From contig JAWKWC010000007.1 in NCBI GenBank assembly GCA_041397705.1, forward strand, positions 10,351 through 74,350: DNA of 64,000 bases, in the 5' to 3' direction. The notes beneath the pieces are model-generated. The model did not search any database. It had not been told where the DNA came from and saw only the letters and a program-made list of their open reading frames with translations. The first letter of the stretch is position 1; each line of letters starts with the position of its first letter. The stretch comes from Hyphomicrobiaceae bacterium (lineage in GTDB: Bacteria; Pseudomonadota; Alphaproteobacteria; Rhizobiales; Hyphomicrobiaceae). A program made the translations under genes and the position numbers. Positions 9,619-18,099 of this stretch are shown piece after piece.

Positions 9619-10863
9619 TCAGAACGGCATGACCGTCACAGCGGTGGCCACTTTGCTTGGCAACTTTGACAGTCGGGTGACGGGCAAGTCAGCCGGAAAC
9701 AGCTGCAACCCTGGTGCGATAGCTTTGACGACATGGCGTGGCCACTCCGGTCGCGAAAGGTCGACCAGCCATGCGGCGATCCCAGAGGCAGCCAACACCT
9801 CCGCTAGTCCTGCAAGTTCGTTTCCCGAGCCCCTACTCATCCGTTGACTGATGTCCTGCGCTCCATTTTGGGGGCGGAAACGGTCGCCAATGGCGACGTC
9901 TATCGTTCGCGCCCGATGAAGATGGCGCGTGTCGTCACCGGTGAGGTGCTCGGCTCCGAGCGTTGATTGCTTATAGCGGGCCAGCTCCAGGCCGAGTTCC
10001 ATCTGACACATTTCAATCAAGGCCGCCTTTGCGGCGGCTGCCGGGCTCAAGCGGGCGGCAATCCCACATGCCAATCCCCGCCCATCAGCCTCGTGTGAGA
10101 CCGCGGCGCACACCGGCACGCCCAGGTCACTGGAGATATCCAGCAGGAGCGTTCGTCGACCAGCCGCGCCACGGCGCAGCTCTTCAAGTGTGGTGACCGC
10201 CGCGATGCCGGCGAGGCTTTCTGCAGCCACGCCCAGAGGGGGCACACCGCCCAACCACCAGAGGGCGGCAGCATCACGTTCGATCAGCTCAAGCAGCGCG
10301 CGGACGGCGGCGTCATTGAAATCGGTGCCGGCAGCACATCCAGTGCTTAGCGCAGCTCCCGGAATACGCAACATGCCCGGCAATGCTCGACGAAGGCACC
10401 AGTCGGCGGGAAGGAGGACTGGATCGCCTCCATCAAGGCTCCGCGCGTTGACGAGATCGATCGAGCATCTCAACTGATCGCCAGAACGGCCGAGCAGCTG
10501 CTGCATCACCTCCTCGAATGCTGGATCGAGATTTAGGCTTTCAATGGCAACGGAAGTTGCGATATCGCCCGGTCTTTCGTGCTGGCTTTCGCGTTCGATA
10601 GCCTCGCCGATGCAGGCCACCATGGCGTCCGCAGCATCGAGACCGCCGCCGCCAACACTCAGGCTTCGAGCCGGTGTTGCCTGATCGGAGCTCGTTGTCT
10701 TGGCGCCAATGAACCACAGGCCTGGAGCCGCCTCCGCGCCCAGTAGGAGAAAATGATCGAGCCGATCCGCTGCTGCGAGCAGCCAATCGCCGTACTTGGC
10801 TGCCGCCGCACGCAAAAGAGAGGCCGCTCTATCACTTGCCAGATCGAGGCTGTCGAATTTCAT
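9619..10863 (-). CDS. YcaO domain protein (stand-alone)
   Basis: 414-aa ORF. SVGGGGLDAADAMVACIGEAIERESQH and AALSTGCAAGTDFNDAAVRALLELIERDAAALWW match the conserved YcaO ATP/Mg-binding glutamate motifs. There is no fused or adjacent E1-like, Ocin-ThiF-like or TfuA gene. Confidence 0.9.
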   Translation of the reverse strand: MKFDSLDLASDRAASLLRAAAAKYGDWLLAAADRLDHFLLLGAEAAPGLWFIGAKTTSSDQATPARSLSVGGGGLDAADAMVACIGEAIERESQHERPGDIATSVAIESLNLDPAFEEVMQQLLGRSGDQLRCSIDLVNARSLDGGDPVLLPADWCLRRALPGMLRIPGAALSTGCAAGTDFNDAAVRALLELIERDAAALWWLGGVPPLGVAAESLAGIAAVTTLEELRRGAAGRRTLLLDISSDLGVPVCAAVSHEADGRGLACGIAARLSPAAAAKAALIEMCQMELGLELARYKQSTLGAEHLTGDDTRHLHRARTIDVAIGDRFRPQNGAQDISQRMSRGSGNELAGLAEVLAASGIAAWLVDLSRPEWPRHVVKAIAPGLQLFPADLPVTRLSKLPSKVATAVTVMPF

Positions 10864-11179
10864 GGATGCGATTTATCCAGAACTCACGCTCAGGGCTTCT
10901 GGCACAACATTGTCGGCCAAATTAGAGAGCACTCAAGCCTTAACCTTGGCCTGGAATTTTGTGCCGTGGCGATGGGGCGGCGGGATTTTGATCTCGAACT
11001 GTATCGCTCTTTTTCGGCCGCTGGGTTGGCTTTCCGGCCGAGGCGGTGTCGGCCGCAAACTGCACCGACCCTCAGGCTCGTGAAAGTTGCGCCTTCACAG
11101 CTGTTCAAATTTGCGGAATACCTCATTGGTACAGACTGATCCAGATGCCGCGCCTCTCACCACAGGGAGCAATCCTCGC

Positions 11180-12523
11180 ATGCGTCAGACACACATTTTT
11201 CACCGCCAGATTGCTGGCGCTGGCGAGATGCCGGTCGCCGTCGGCGGCGCCGGGATCGAAATCATCGACGCCCAGGGCAAACGCTACATCGACGCGTCGG
11301 GAGGTGCTGCTGTTTCCTGCCTCGGCCATGGGCATCCGGCCGTCAATGCCGCCATGCATGCGCAGATCGACAAGCTCGCCTATACGCACACATCGTTCTT
11401 CACTACCGAGATCGCGGAAGCTTTAGCGGACCACCTCGTTGCCAACGCGCCGGAGGCCATTGGTCATGTCTACTACGTCTCCGGGGGATCGGAGGCCATG
11501 GAAGCGTCGCTCAAGATGGCGCGGCAGTATTTTCTCGAGAAGGGCGAGCCGAAACGCTGCCAATTCATCGGGCGGCGGCAAAGCTATCATGGCAACACGC
11601 TGGGGGCGCTTGCCGTCGGCGGCAATGCGTTTCGCCGCGCGCAATTTGCGCCCCTTCTGTTTCCAACCCATCACGTCTCGCCGCCCTATGCCTATCGCGA
11701 CCAGACCGAAGGCGAGACTCTCGAGGCTTACGGCAGACGGTTAACGGACGAACTCGAAGACACGATCCGAAAGCTTGGCCCCGAAACAGTCATTGCGTTC
11801 GTTGCAGAGACGGTTGGCGGTGCTACGCAGGGCTGCACGACGCCGCCGCCAGGGTACTTCAAGCGGGTCCGTGAGATCTGCGACCGGTATGGAATTCTGC
11901 TCATCCTGGACGAAGTCATGTGCGGCATGGGGCGCACCGGTAGCCTGCATGCCTGCACACAGGAAGGCATTGTGCCGGACATGATGGCCATCGCCAAGGG
12001 GCTTGGCGGCGGCTACCAGCCGATCGGCGCCGTGCTCCTTTCTGACAAGGTTTTTGCCGCCTTCCGGGATGGCACCGGCTATTTCCAGCATGGGCATACC
12101 TATCTCGCTCACCCGATCGCATGCGCCGCGGCTCTTGCCGTTCAGCAGACGATCGAAAGCGACAACCTCATCGCCAACGTGCAAACGCAAGGCCTACACC
12201 TCGAACGTCGCTTGAAGGAGCGCTTTGCCAACCACCATCACATCGGCGACATCCGAGGGCGTGGGCTGTTCTGGGCCATAGAGCACGTCCGCAATCGCTC
12301 GACGAAAGAGGCGTTCGATCCAGGCTTGAAACTCAATGCTCGTGTCAAGCGCGAGGCGATGGCGCGCGGTTTGGCGTGCTACGCGATGCCCGGAACGATC
12401 GATGGGCGTGTTGGCGACCACAACATGCTGGCGCCACCCTTCATTGTGACCGAGCGCGATATCGATGTGATCGTTGAGCGCTTTGGCGATGCGGTCGATG
12501 CAGCAATCAGCTCGATCACCTGA
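11180..12523 (+). CDS. Class III (omega) aminotransferase, PLP-dependent
   Basis: ORF 11087..12523, start moved to ATG 11180 (RBS GGGAG). GKRYIDASGGAAVSCLGHGHP, LILDEVMCGMGRTG, AIAKGLGGGYQPIG (PLP lysine). Confidence 0.9.
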   Translation: MRQTHIFHRQIAGAGEMPVAVGGAGIEIIDAQGKRYIDASGGAAVSCLGHGHPAVNAAMHAQIDKLAYTHTSFFTTEIAEALADHLVANAPEAIGHVYYVSGGSEAMEASLKMARQYFLEKGEPKRCQFIGRRQSYHGNTLGALAVGGNAFRRAQFAPLLFPTHHVSPPYAYRDQTEGETLEAYGRRLTDELEDTIRKLGPETVIAFVAETVGGATQGCTTPPPGYFKRVREICDRYGILLILDEVMCGMGRTGSLHACTQEGIVPDMMAIAKGLGGGYQPIGAVLLSDKVFAAFRDGTGYFQHGHTYLAHPIACAAALAVQQTIESDNLIANVQTQGLHLERRLKERFANHHHIGDIRGRGLFWAIEHVRNRSTKEAFDPGLKLNARVKREAMARGLACYAMPGTIDGRVGDHNMLAPPFIVTERDIDVIVERFGDAVDAAISSIT

Positions 12524-12643
12524 GCTTGGCCGATGGCGTGATTGCGAACAAGGCAAGCGCAGGGGCGAGGCGAGGTCCGTTTGTCGTTGACGCGCGGGCC
12601 GAACATGGCACGCTACGCCGGATAACAAATTCCGGAGACCTCC

Positions 12644-14287
12644 ATGTCGACCGCCGAACTCCACGAGCTCACTCTTGCGCAGGCATCGGCGCTGATCGCC
12701 TCACGCAAGCTCTCCCCTGTCGACTATGTGCGTGCACTGATGGCGCGTATCGAAGTGCTGGAGCCGCAGCTCAATGCCTTCATTACGCGTACGTTCGAAA
12801 GCGCGATGGATGCGGCGCGACGGGCCGAAGACGAACTTGCTGCCGGCCAGTCCCGGGGCCCGCTGCATGGCATTCCGTTTGCCGTCAAGGACATCTATGA
12901 CACGGCCGGTGTGCTCACGAGCGGCCATTCGCGCACGTCGATCGACCGGGTGCCCTCACGCGATGCGACAACCGTCGCCAAGCTCAAGTCCGCCGGTGCG
13001 GTTCTTATGGGCAAGCTCGCAACACACGAATACGCGCATGGCGGCCCTTCTTTCGACTTGCCGTGGCCGCCGGCGCGAAATCCTTGGAATACTGCGCACT
13101 TCACCGGCGGCTCGTCGTCGGGATCGGGGGCGGCTCTAGCGGCCGGTCTGGTGCCAGCAAGCCTCGGGTCGGACACCGGCGGATCGATCCGGGGCCCGGC
13201 GGGACTTTGTGGCATTGCCGGGTTGAAGCCGACCTATGGTCTTGTTAGCCGCGCCGGCGTTCTGCCGAATTCTTTCACCTACGACCATTGCGGTCCGATG
13301 GCGCGGACGTCGGAAGATTGTGCGCTGCTTCTCGACTGCATTGCGGGTTACGACCCTGCTGATCCGAGCTCGGTTCGGCGCGAGGCGGGCGGTTACCACG
13401 CCCGCATAAGCGACGGCATCAAGGGGTTGCGGATCGGCGTGGTCCGCCACTTCTGGGAGCGCGACGGGAAGGTCAATGCCGAGCTGCCTGCGGCGATGGA
13501 CGGGGCGCTGCAGGTGCTACGCGATCTCGGCGCCACGACGGCTGAGGTGACGCTGGAGCCGATGCAGCTCTACTCGGACGTCAAGATCGTGACGGCGGAA
13601 AGCGAGTTGTTCTCGATCCATCTCAACGACCTGATTTCGCGACCCGGCGATTTCGGTCAGGATTTTCGAGCCCGAAGCTTGGCAGCGTGTCTGTTCACGG
13701 CGGAAGACTATGTGCGCGCAAGCCGGGAGCGACGCCGGATCGTTGACGGAATGCGCGACGTTTTCCGCAACTTCGACCTCGTCGTCACCGCCAATACATC
13801 GGCTGCCCCTCGTCTCGATGTGCACGATCCCCTGGCGTTCTGGCGCAGCGCCAGTTTGACCGCCCCGTTCAACTGCACGGGGGGGCCGGCGCTGGCGGTT
13901 CTGTGCGGCTTCACCCAGGCCGGCCTTCCGCTTTCGATGCAGATCGTCGGGGCGCCCTTCGACGACGCGCGCGTGCTGGCTGCGGGTCATGCCTTCGAGC
14001 AGGCGAGCGGCCATTGGAGGCGCCGGCCCAATCTCGTCGCGGGCGCCGCTGCGGGCCATATCGATCCACGGCCATGGAAGCCGGATACCAGCAGCGTTGC
14101 CCCGGCCATACGTGCACGCGCGGAGGCTGCCGCCAGCAATGCTGGGCTCAAACTGCCCGACGCCATCATGGAGGAGTTGGTTGCGGTGGCACCCTGGGCG
14201 CTGGCGATGGCTGGACGGCTCGGGCGGAAGCATCCGCGCGAGGCCGAGGTCTCGTCGATCTTCGATCTCACCAGAGGCCGCGAATAG
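12644..14287 (+). CDS. Amidase-signature family amidohydrolase with ~83-aa C-terminal extension
   Basis: 547-aa ORF. GIPFAVKDIYD, GGSSSGSGAALAAGL, SDTGGSIRGPA (Ser-cisSer-Lys signature). The tail beyond about residue 465 is extra relative to typical amidases. Confidence 0.9.
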   Translation: MSTAELHELTLAQASALIASRKLSPVDYVRALMARIEVLEPQLNAFITRTFESAMDAARRAEDELAAGQSRGPLHGIPFAVKDIYDTAGVLTSGHSRTSIDRVPSRDATTVAKLKSAGAVLMGKLATHEYAHGGPSFDLPWPPARNPWNTAHFTGGSSSGSGAALAAGLVPASLGSDTGGSIRGPAGLCGIAGLKPTYGLVSRAGVLPNSFTYDHCGPMARTSEDCALLLDCIAGYDPADPSSVRREAGGYHARISDGIKGLRIGVVRHFWERDGKVNAELPAAMDGALQVLRDLGATTAEVTLEPMQLYSDVKIVTAESELFSIHLNDLISRPGDFGQDFRARSLAACLFTAEDYVRASRERRRIVDGMRDVFRNFDLVVTANTSAAPRLDVHDPLAFWRSASLTAPFNCTGGPALAVLCGFTQAGLPLSMQIVGAPFDDARVLAAGHAFEQASGHWRRRPNLVAGAAAGHIDPRPWKPDTSSVAPAIRARAEAAASNAGLKLPDAIMEELVAVAPWALAMAGRLGRKHPREAEVSSIFDLTRGRE

Positions 14288-14361
14288 TCAATCGGCGCTT
14301 CGCGACGCCGGTTGTTCTGCTTGATCGACCAGCACGGCTCGTTGCTCGCAACTGAGGTCGG

Positions 14362-15663
14362 TCAGGCTTTCGGACGCTCGAGGCCGAGACTGTCCCTCAG
14401 GGTCGTGCCTTCATAGGCGGTGCGGAAAAGGCCCCGCTTTTGCAAGATTGGAACGACCTCTGCGATGAAGACATCCAGCATATCAGGCAGGACGGGCGGC
14501 ATGAGATTGAAGCCGTCAGCAGCCCCGTCGTCCAGCCAGTCCTGCATGAGATCGGCCACCTGCTCCGGCGTGCCGGTAAAGGTGAAATGGCCCCGTGCGC
14601 CTGCCAGTTTGGAGAGCAACTGGCGCAGCGTCGGGCGCTCGTTGCGCACATAGCCGATGATCACCTCGGTGCGGCTGCGGGCGGCTTCGACCTTGTCCGG
14701 CGGGGGGAAATCGTCAACACTCAATGGCCTATCTAGGTCCAGGTGAGAGAAGTCGTAGCCACCGAACCGGCCGGACATGCGACTGCGCCCGATTTCGATA
14801 TCTGCGAGATCGTTGAGTTCTTCGGCGTAGCGTTCCGCCTCGGCAACGGTGGAACCGATGATGGGCGAGAAGCCCGGCAGGATCAAAACCTGCTCAGGCC
14901 TGCGTCCTTCACCAGCCAACAACCCTTTGAGATCGCCGTAGAAGGTTTTGGCCGTTGCCTTTTCGAGATGCGCGGTGAACACGGCCTCGGCATGGCGCGC
15001 GGCAAAGCGGCGGCCGGTATCTGACGAGCCCGCTTGCACAAAGACCGGGCGGCCTTGCGGGCTGCGCGGCAAGTTCAAAGGTCCCTTCACCTGATAATAC
15101 TTGCCAACATGGTCGATCGTTTTGACGCGAGCGGGGTCGGCATAAAGGCCACCGCTCCGGTCATCCTTGACGGCATCGTCGGTCCAGCTGTCCCAAAGTC
15201 CTTTGACGACGTCCATATATTCTTCTGCGCGCTCATAGCGCTCAGCGTGACTGATCTGGCCGATGCCTCCGAAATTGGAACCCGCCTGATGGGACCAGGT
15301 CGTGACGATGTTCCATCCGACGCGGCCGCGGGAAATGTGATCGAGCGAGGCGAACTGGCGGGCGAGATTGTATGGCTCGGTGTAAGTGGTGGACGCCGTC
15401 GCAATCATTCCAATCCTTTTGGTCGCCATGGCGACAGCGGCGATTGTCGTGATCGGCTCCAGCCAGTTGAAGGGTGTTGCGCGGACGTCGTTCCAGAGCC
15501 CCAGCACATCGGCGAGAAAGATGGAATCGAACAGCCCTGCCTCCGCTTTTTGAGCAACCTCGACGGTGTAGTCGATATCTGTGAGCGGCAACTTGGACGA
15601 TTTGGGATGTCGCCAGGACGCCTCATGATGACCGCGGCTCTGGACAAAGACGTTCAGGTGCAT
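14362..15663 (-). CDS. LLM-class flavin-dependent monooxygenase (NtaA/SnaA/DszA family)
   Basis: ORF 14362..15894 trimmed to ATG 15663. MHLNVFVQSRGHHEASWRHPKS..., WNIVTTWSHQAGSNFG. Confidence 0.85.
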   Translation of the reverse strand: MHLNVFVQSRGHHEASWRHPKSSKLPLTDIDYTVEVAQKAEAGLFDSIFLADVLGLWNDVRATPFNWLEPITTIAAVAMATKRIGMIATASTTYTEPYNLARQFASLDHISRGRVGWNIVTTWSHQAGSNFGGIGQISHAERYERAEEYMDVVKGLWDSWTDDAVKDDRSGGLYADPARVKTIDHVGKYYQVKGPLNLPRSPQGRPVFVQAGSSDTGRRFAARHAEAVFTAHLEKATAKTFYGDLKGLLAGEGRRPEQVLILPGFSPIIGSTVAEAERYAEELNDLADIEIGRSRMSGRFGGYDFSHLDLDRPLSVDDFPPPDKVEAARSRTEVIIGYVRNERPTLRQLLSKLAGARGHFTFTGTPEQVADLMQDWLDDGAADGFNLMPPVLPDMLDVFIAEVVPILQKRGLFRTAYEGTTLRDSLGLERPKA

Positions 15664-16059
15664 TTTTCGGGTCACGGCGTTCTCCCTGGGCAATAGCTGC
15701 TCTCTTCGCATTTCGTTGGCAGCGCGATGCGTCAGATCCCGACGCCAACATGCACTGCGAGACCCCAATAATCCAGCATGCGCGATGTTCGGGCCTCGCC
15801 TGACCGCGGACCATGGCCTCGAAGCAGTTCCCCACCCCGCGCGGGCCGAGGCATGAGGCATGAGGGGCTGCTCCGTCGGACTTCCACCAATCACCCGGGG
15901 GGCCGTTGGTCGCAGCGAGAGGGGCCAGCGAACGCTTTGTCTGCCAGCGCCAGCCCACTATGCTTGGTGCAACAGCCGGTGGGTTAATCCACCGGGATCA
16001 GAATGGCTTAATGCGGCAGGCAGGCGATCGAAGCCTGCCCAGACGAGGGGAGAGCTGGC

Positions 16060-18099
16060 GTGGCGTGGCTGATCGGTGTCGACGTGGGCGGGACTTTCAC
16101 GGATCTCTACGCCTTTGAACCGGATAGCCGGCGCATCGTGGTGCACAAAGTACCTTCGACACCGGCCGATCCCTCACGCGCCATCATTGCAGGGCTCGAG
16201 GCGCTAGCGGCGCGGCACGGCGTCGATCTTGGCCAGATGCAGCGCTTTGCGCACGGCACCACCGTTGCCACCAATGCGCCCATCCAGCGCCGCGGCGGTA
16301 AACCGGCCCTGCTCACGACCAAGGGATTCCGCGACCTGCTCGAGATCGGTCGCCAGATCCGTCCGCACGTCTACGACATCCAGAACGACTATCCGCCGCC
16401 CTTGGTCCCGCGCGAACGCAGGCTGGAGGCAACAGAGCGCGTCGGATCTCGCGGCGAGGTGCTGACCGGGCTCGACGAAAAGGACGTGCAACGCGTCACG
16501 GGGGAATTGGCCGGACTGGATATTGACGGCGTCGCAATCTGTCTTCTCTTTTCGTTCCTCAACCCCGAGCACGAACGACAGCTTGCTGCGGCAATCAGCA
16601 AGGCTTTGCCCGACCTGCACGTCTCGGTTTCGTCGCAAGTCCAGCCCGAGTTCCGCGAATACGAGCGCATGTCGACCACGGTTCTCAATGCCTATCTACA
16701 GCCGCAGGTGACCCGTTACATGGAGCGCCTGGGAACAAGCGTGGCAAACCTGGCGCCTGACGCAGCGATTGGCATCAATCAATCGTCTGGTGGTCTGATG
16801 TCGATCGAGCGGGCGTCGAGGTTTCCCGTACGCACGGCTCTATCGGGCCCGGCTGCAGGCGTCATCGGCGCTGCCAATGTTGCACGGCTTGCCGCAACGC
16901 CCAACGTCATCACTTTCGATATGGGCGGCACATCGACCGACGTTTGCCTCGTTCGCGAAGGCAAGGCCGAGATGACGTTCGGGCGCGAAGTGGCCGGCTT
17001 CCCCGTGCGGCTTCCGGCCATCGACATTCACACCATCGGCGCAGGTGGCGGCTCCGTCGCCTGGTTTGGTCCGGATGGTCTGCTGAAAGTCGGGCCACAG
17101 TCGGCGGGGGCCGATCCGGGGCCAGCCTGCTATGGCAAAGGCGGAACACAGGCCACGGTTTCCGATGCCAATGTGGTGCTTGGCCGATTACCAACCACAC
17201 TGCTTGGCGGGGACATGCAGCTCGATCGCGAGGCTGCGAGGGCCGCGATTGCCCCGATTGCGGAACGCCTGGGATTGTCGGTGGAGGCGGCGGCGCTTGG
17301 CATACTGGCCATCGTAAACGCCAACATGATGCGTGCGATCCGCGCCGTCTCGATCGAACGCGGTCATGACCCCCGGCCGTTTGCACTGATGCCTTTCGGT
17401 GGCGCCGGTGCTCTACATGGCGTTGACCTGGCGAAAGAAATGGGCATGCGGGCCATATTGATCCCGCCGTCACCCGGCATATTGTGTGCGGAAGGGCTGG
17501 TCGCGTCCGACCTCAAAGAAAGCTTCGTTGCAACCTGCCGAACACCGCTATCGGGCGACCTCTCATTGGTGGAGTCGCGGCTCGCGGATCTGGCTAGTGA
17601 GGCCGCTCGCTGGTGGAAAGCGGAACGCATTCCTGACGACGACGCATCGAGCCAACTCGTCGTCGACATGCGCTATGTCGGACAGAACTATGAGCTCGGC
17701 GTTGGTGTGGCGACGGGTAAGACACCCTCTCTGCCACCTCGAGAGCAGCTCGCGTCGCTTTTTCACGCCGAGCACGAGCGCAGCTACGGCCATCACGATC
17801 CCGACGCGCCAATCGAGATCGTCAATCTGCGTGTCACAGCCGTCGGTCGTCTACCTGACATCGGGGCGCCGCGCTTTACGGGTCCGGCAACGGCGGAGGC
17901 GATCGCCAAGCGGAGCATATGGTTTTCCGGAACTGATGCGGTCGAGGCTGAGGTGTGGTGGCGGCCGAATCTTGCACCGGGCACTGTGATCGCGGGGCCG
18001 GCCGTGATTGAACAGCTGGACGCGACGACACCGATACCGCCGGGCTACCGTGCAACGGTCGACCAGAATCTCAATCTCATCATTGGAGTGCGGCAATGA
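16060..18099 (+). CDS. Hydantoinase A / oxoprolinase family protein (HyuA-like, ATP-dependent)
   Basis: 679-aa ORF. IGVDVGGTFTDL, GPAAGVIGAA, FDMGGTSTDVCLV. Confidence 0.9.
   Translation: MAWLIGVDVGGTFTDLYAFEPDSRRIVVHKVPSTPADPSRAIIAGLEALAARHGVDLGQMQRFAHGTTVATNAPIQRRGGKPALLTTKGFRDLLEIGRQIRPHVYDIQNDYPPPLVPRERRLEATERVGSRGEVLTGLDEKDVQRVTGELAGLDIDGVAICLLFSFLNPEHERQLAAAISKALPDLHVSVSSQVQPEFREYERMSTTVLNAYLQPQVTRYMERLGTSVANLAPDAAIGINQSSGGLMSIERASRFPVRTALSGPAAGVIGAANVARLAATPNVITFDMGGTSTDVCLVREGKAEMTFGREVAGFPVRLPAIDIHTIGAGGGSVAWFGPDGLLKVGPQSAGADPGPACYGKGGTQATVSDANVVLGRLPTTLLGGDMQLDREAARAAIAPIAERLGLSVEAAALGILAIVNANMMRAIRAVSIERGHDPRPFALMPFGGAGALHGVDLAKEMGMRAILIPPSPGILCAEGLVASDLKESFVATCRTPLSGDLSLVESRLADLASEAARWWKAERIPDDDASSQLVVDMRYVGQNYELGVGVATGKTPSLPPREQLASLFHAEHERSYGHHDPDAPIEIVNLRVTAVGRLPDIGAPRFTGPATAEAIAKRSIWFSGTDAVEAEVWWRPNLAPGTVIAGPAVIEQLDATTPIPPGYRATVDQNLNLIIGVRQ

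Noticed and set aside
10862-11083. 73-codon + strand ORF starting at the CATG shared with the YcaO start
   Set aside because: Low GC3, no RBS, and it would be transcribed from within the YcaO start codon. Judged a chance ORF in intergenic DNA.
10890-11126. 78-aa minus-strand ORF directly upstream of YcaO, considered as a possible precursor peptide
   Set aside because: No RBS, mediocre GC3 compared with real genes here, and an Arg/Ser-rich sequence with no leader-like features. It lies in the divergent promoter region.
15848-15865. Mini tandem repeat gaggcat x2.5 in the LLM/HyuA divergent gap
   Set aside because: Too short to be meaningful, with no further copies. Not a CRISPR or VNTR-like array.
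14362-15894. Long N-terminal extensions on several track ORFs (e.g. 14362..15894, 33636..34391, 51564..53891, 54563..55633, 55694..57430)
   Set aside because: The extensions lack family similarity and precede internal starts that have RBS-like sequences and match the canonical family N-termini. The features are trimmed accordingly.
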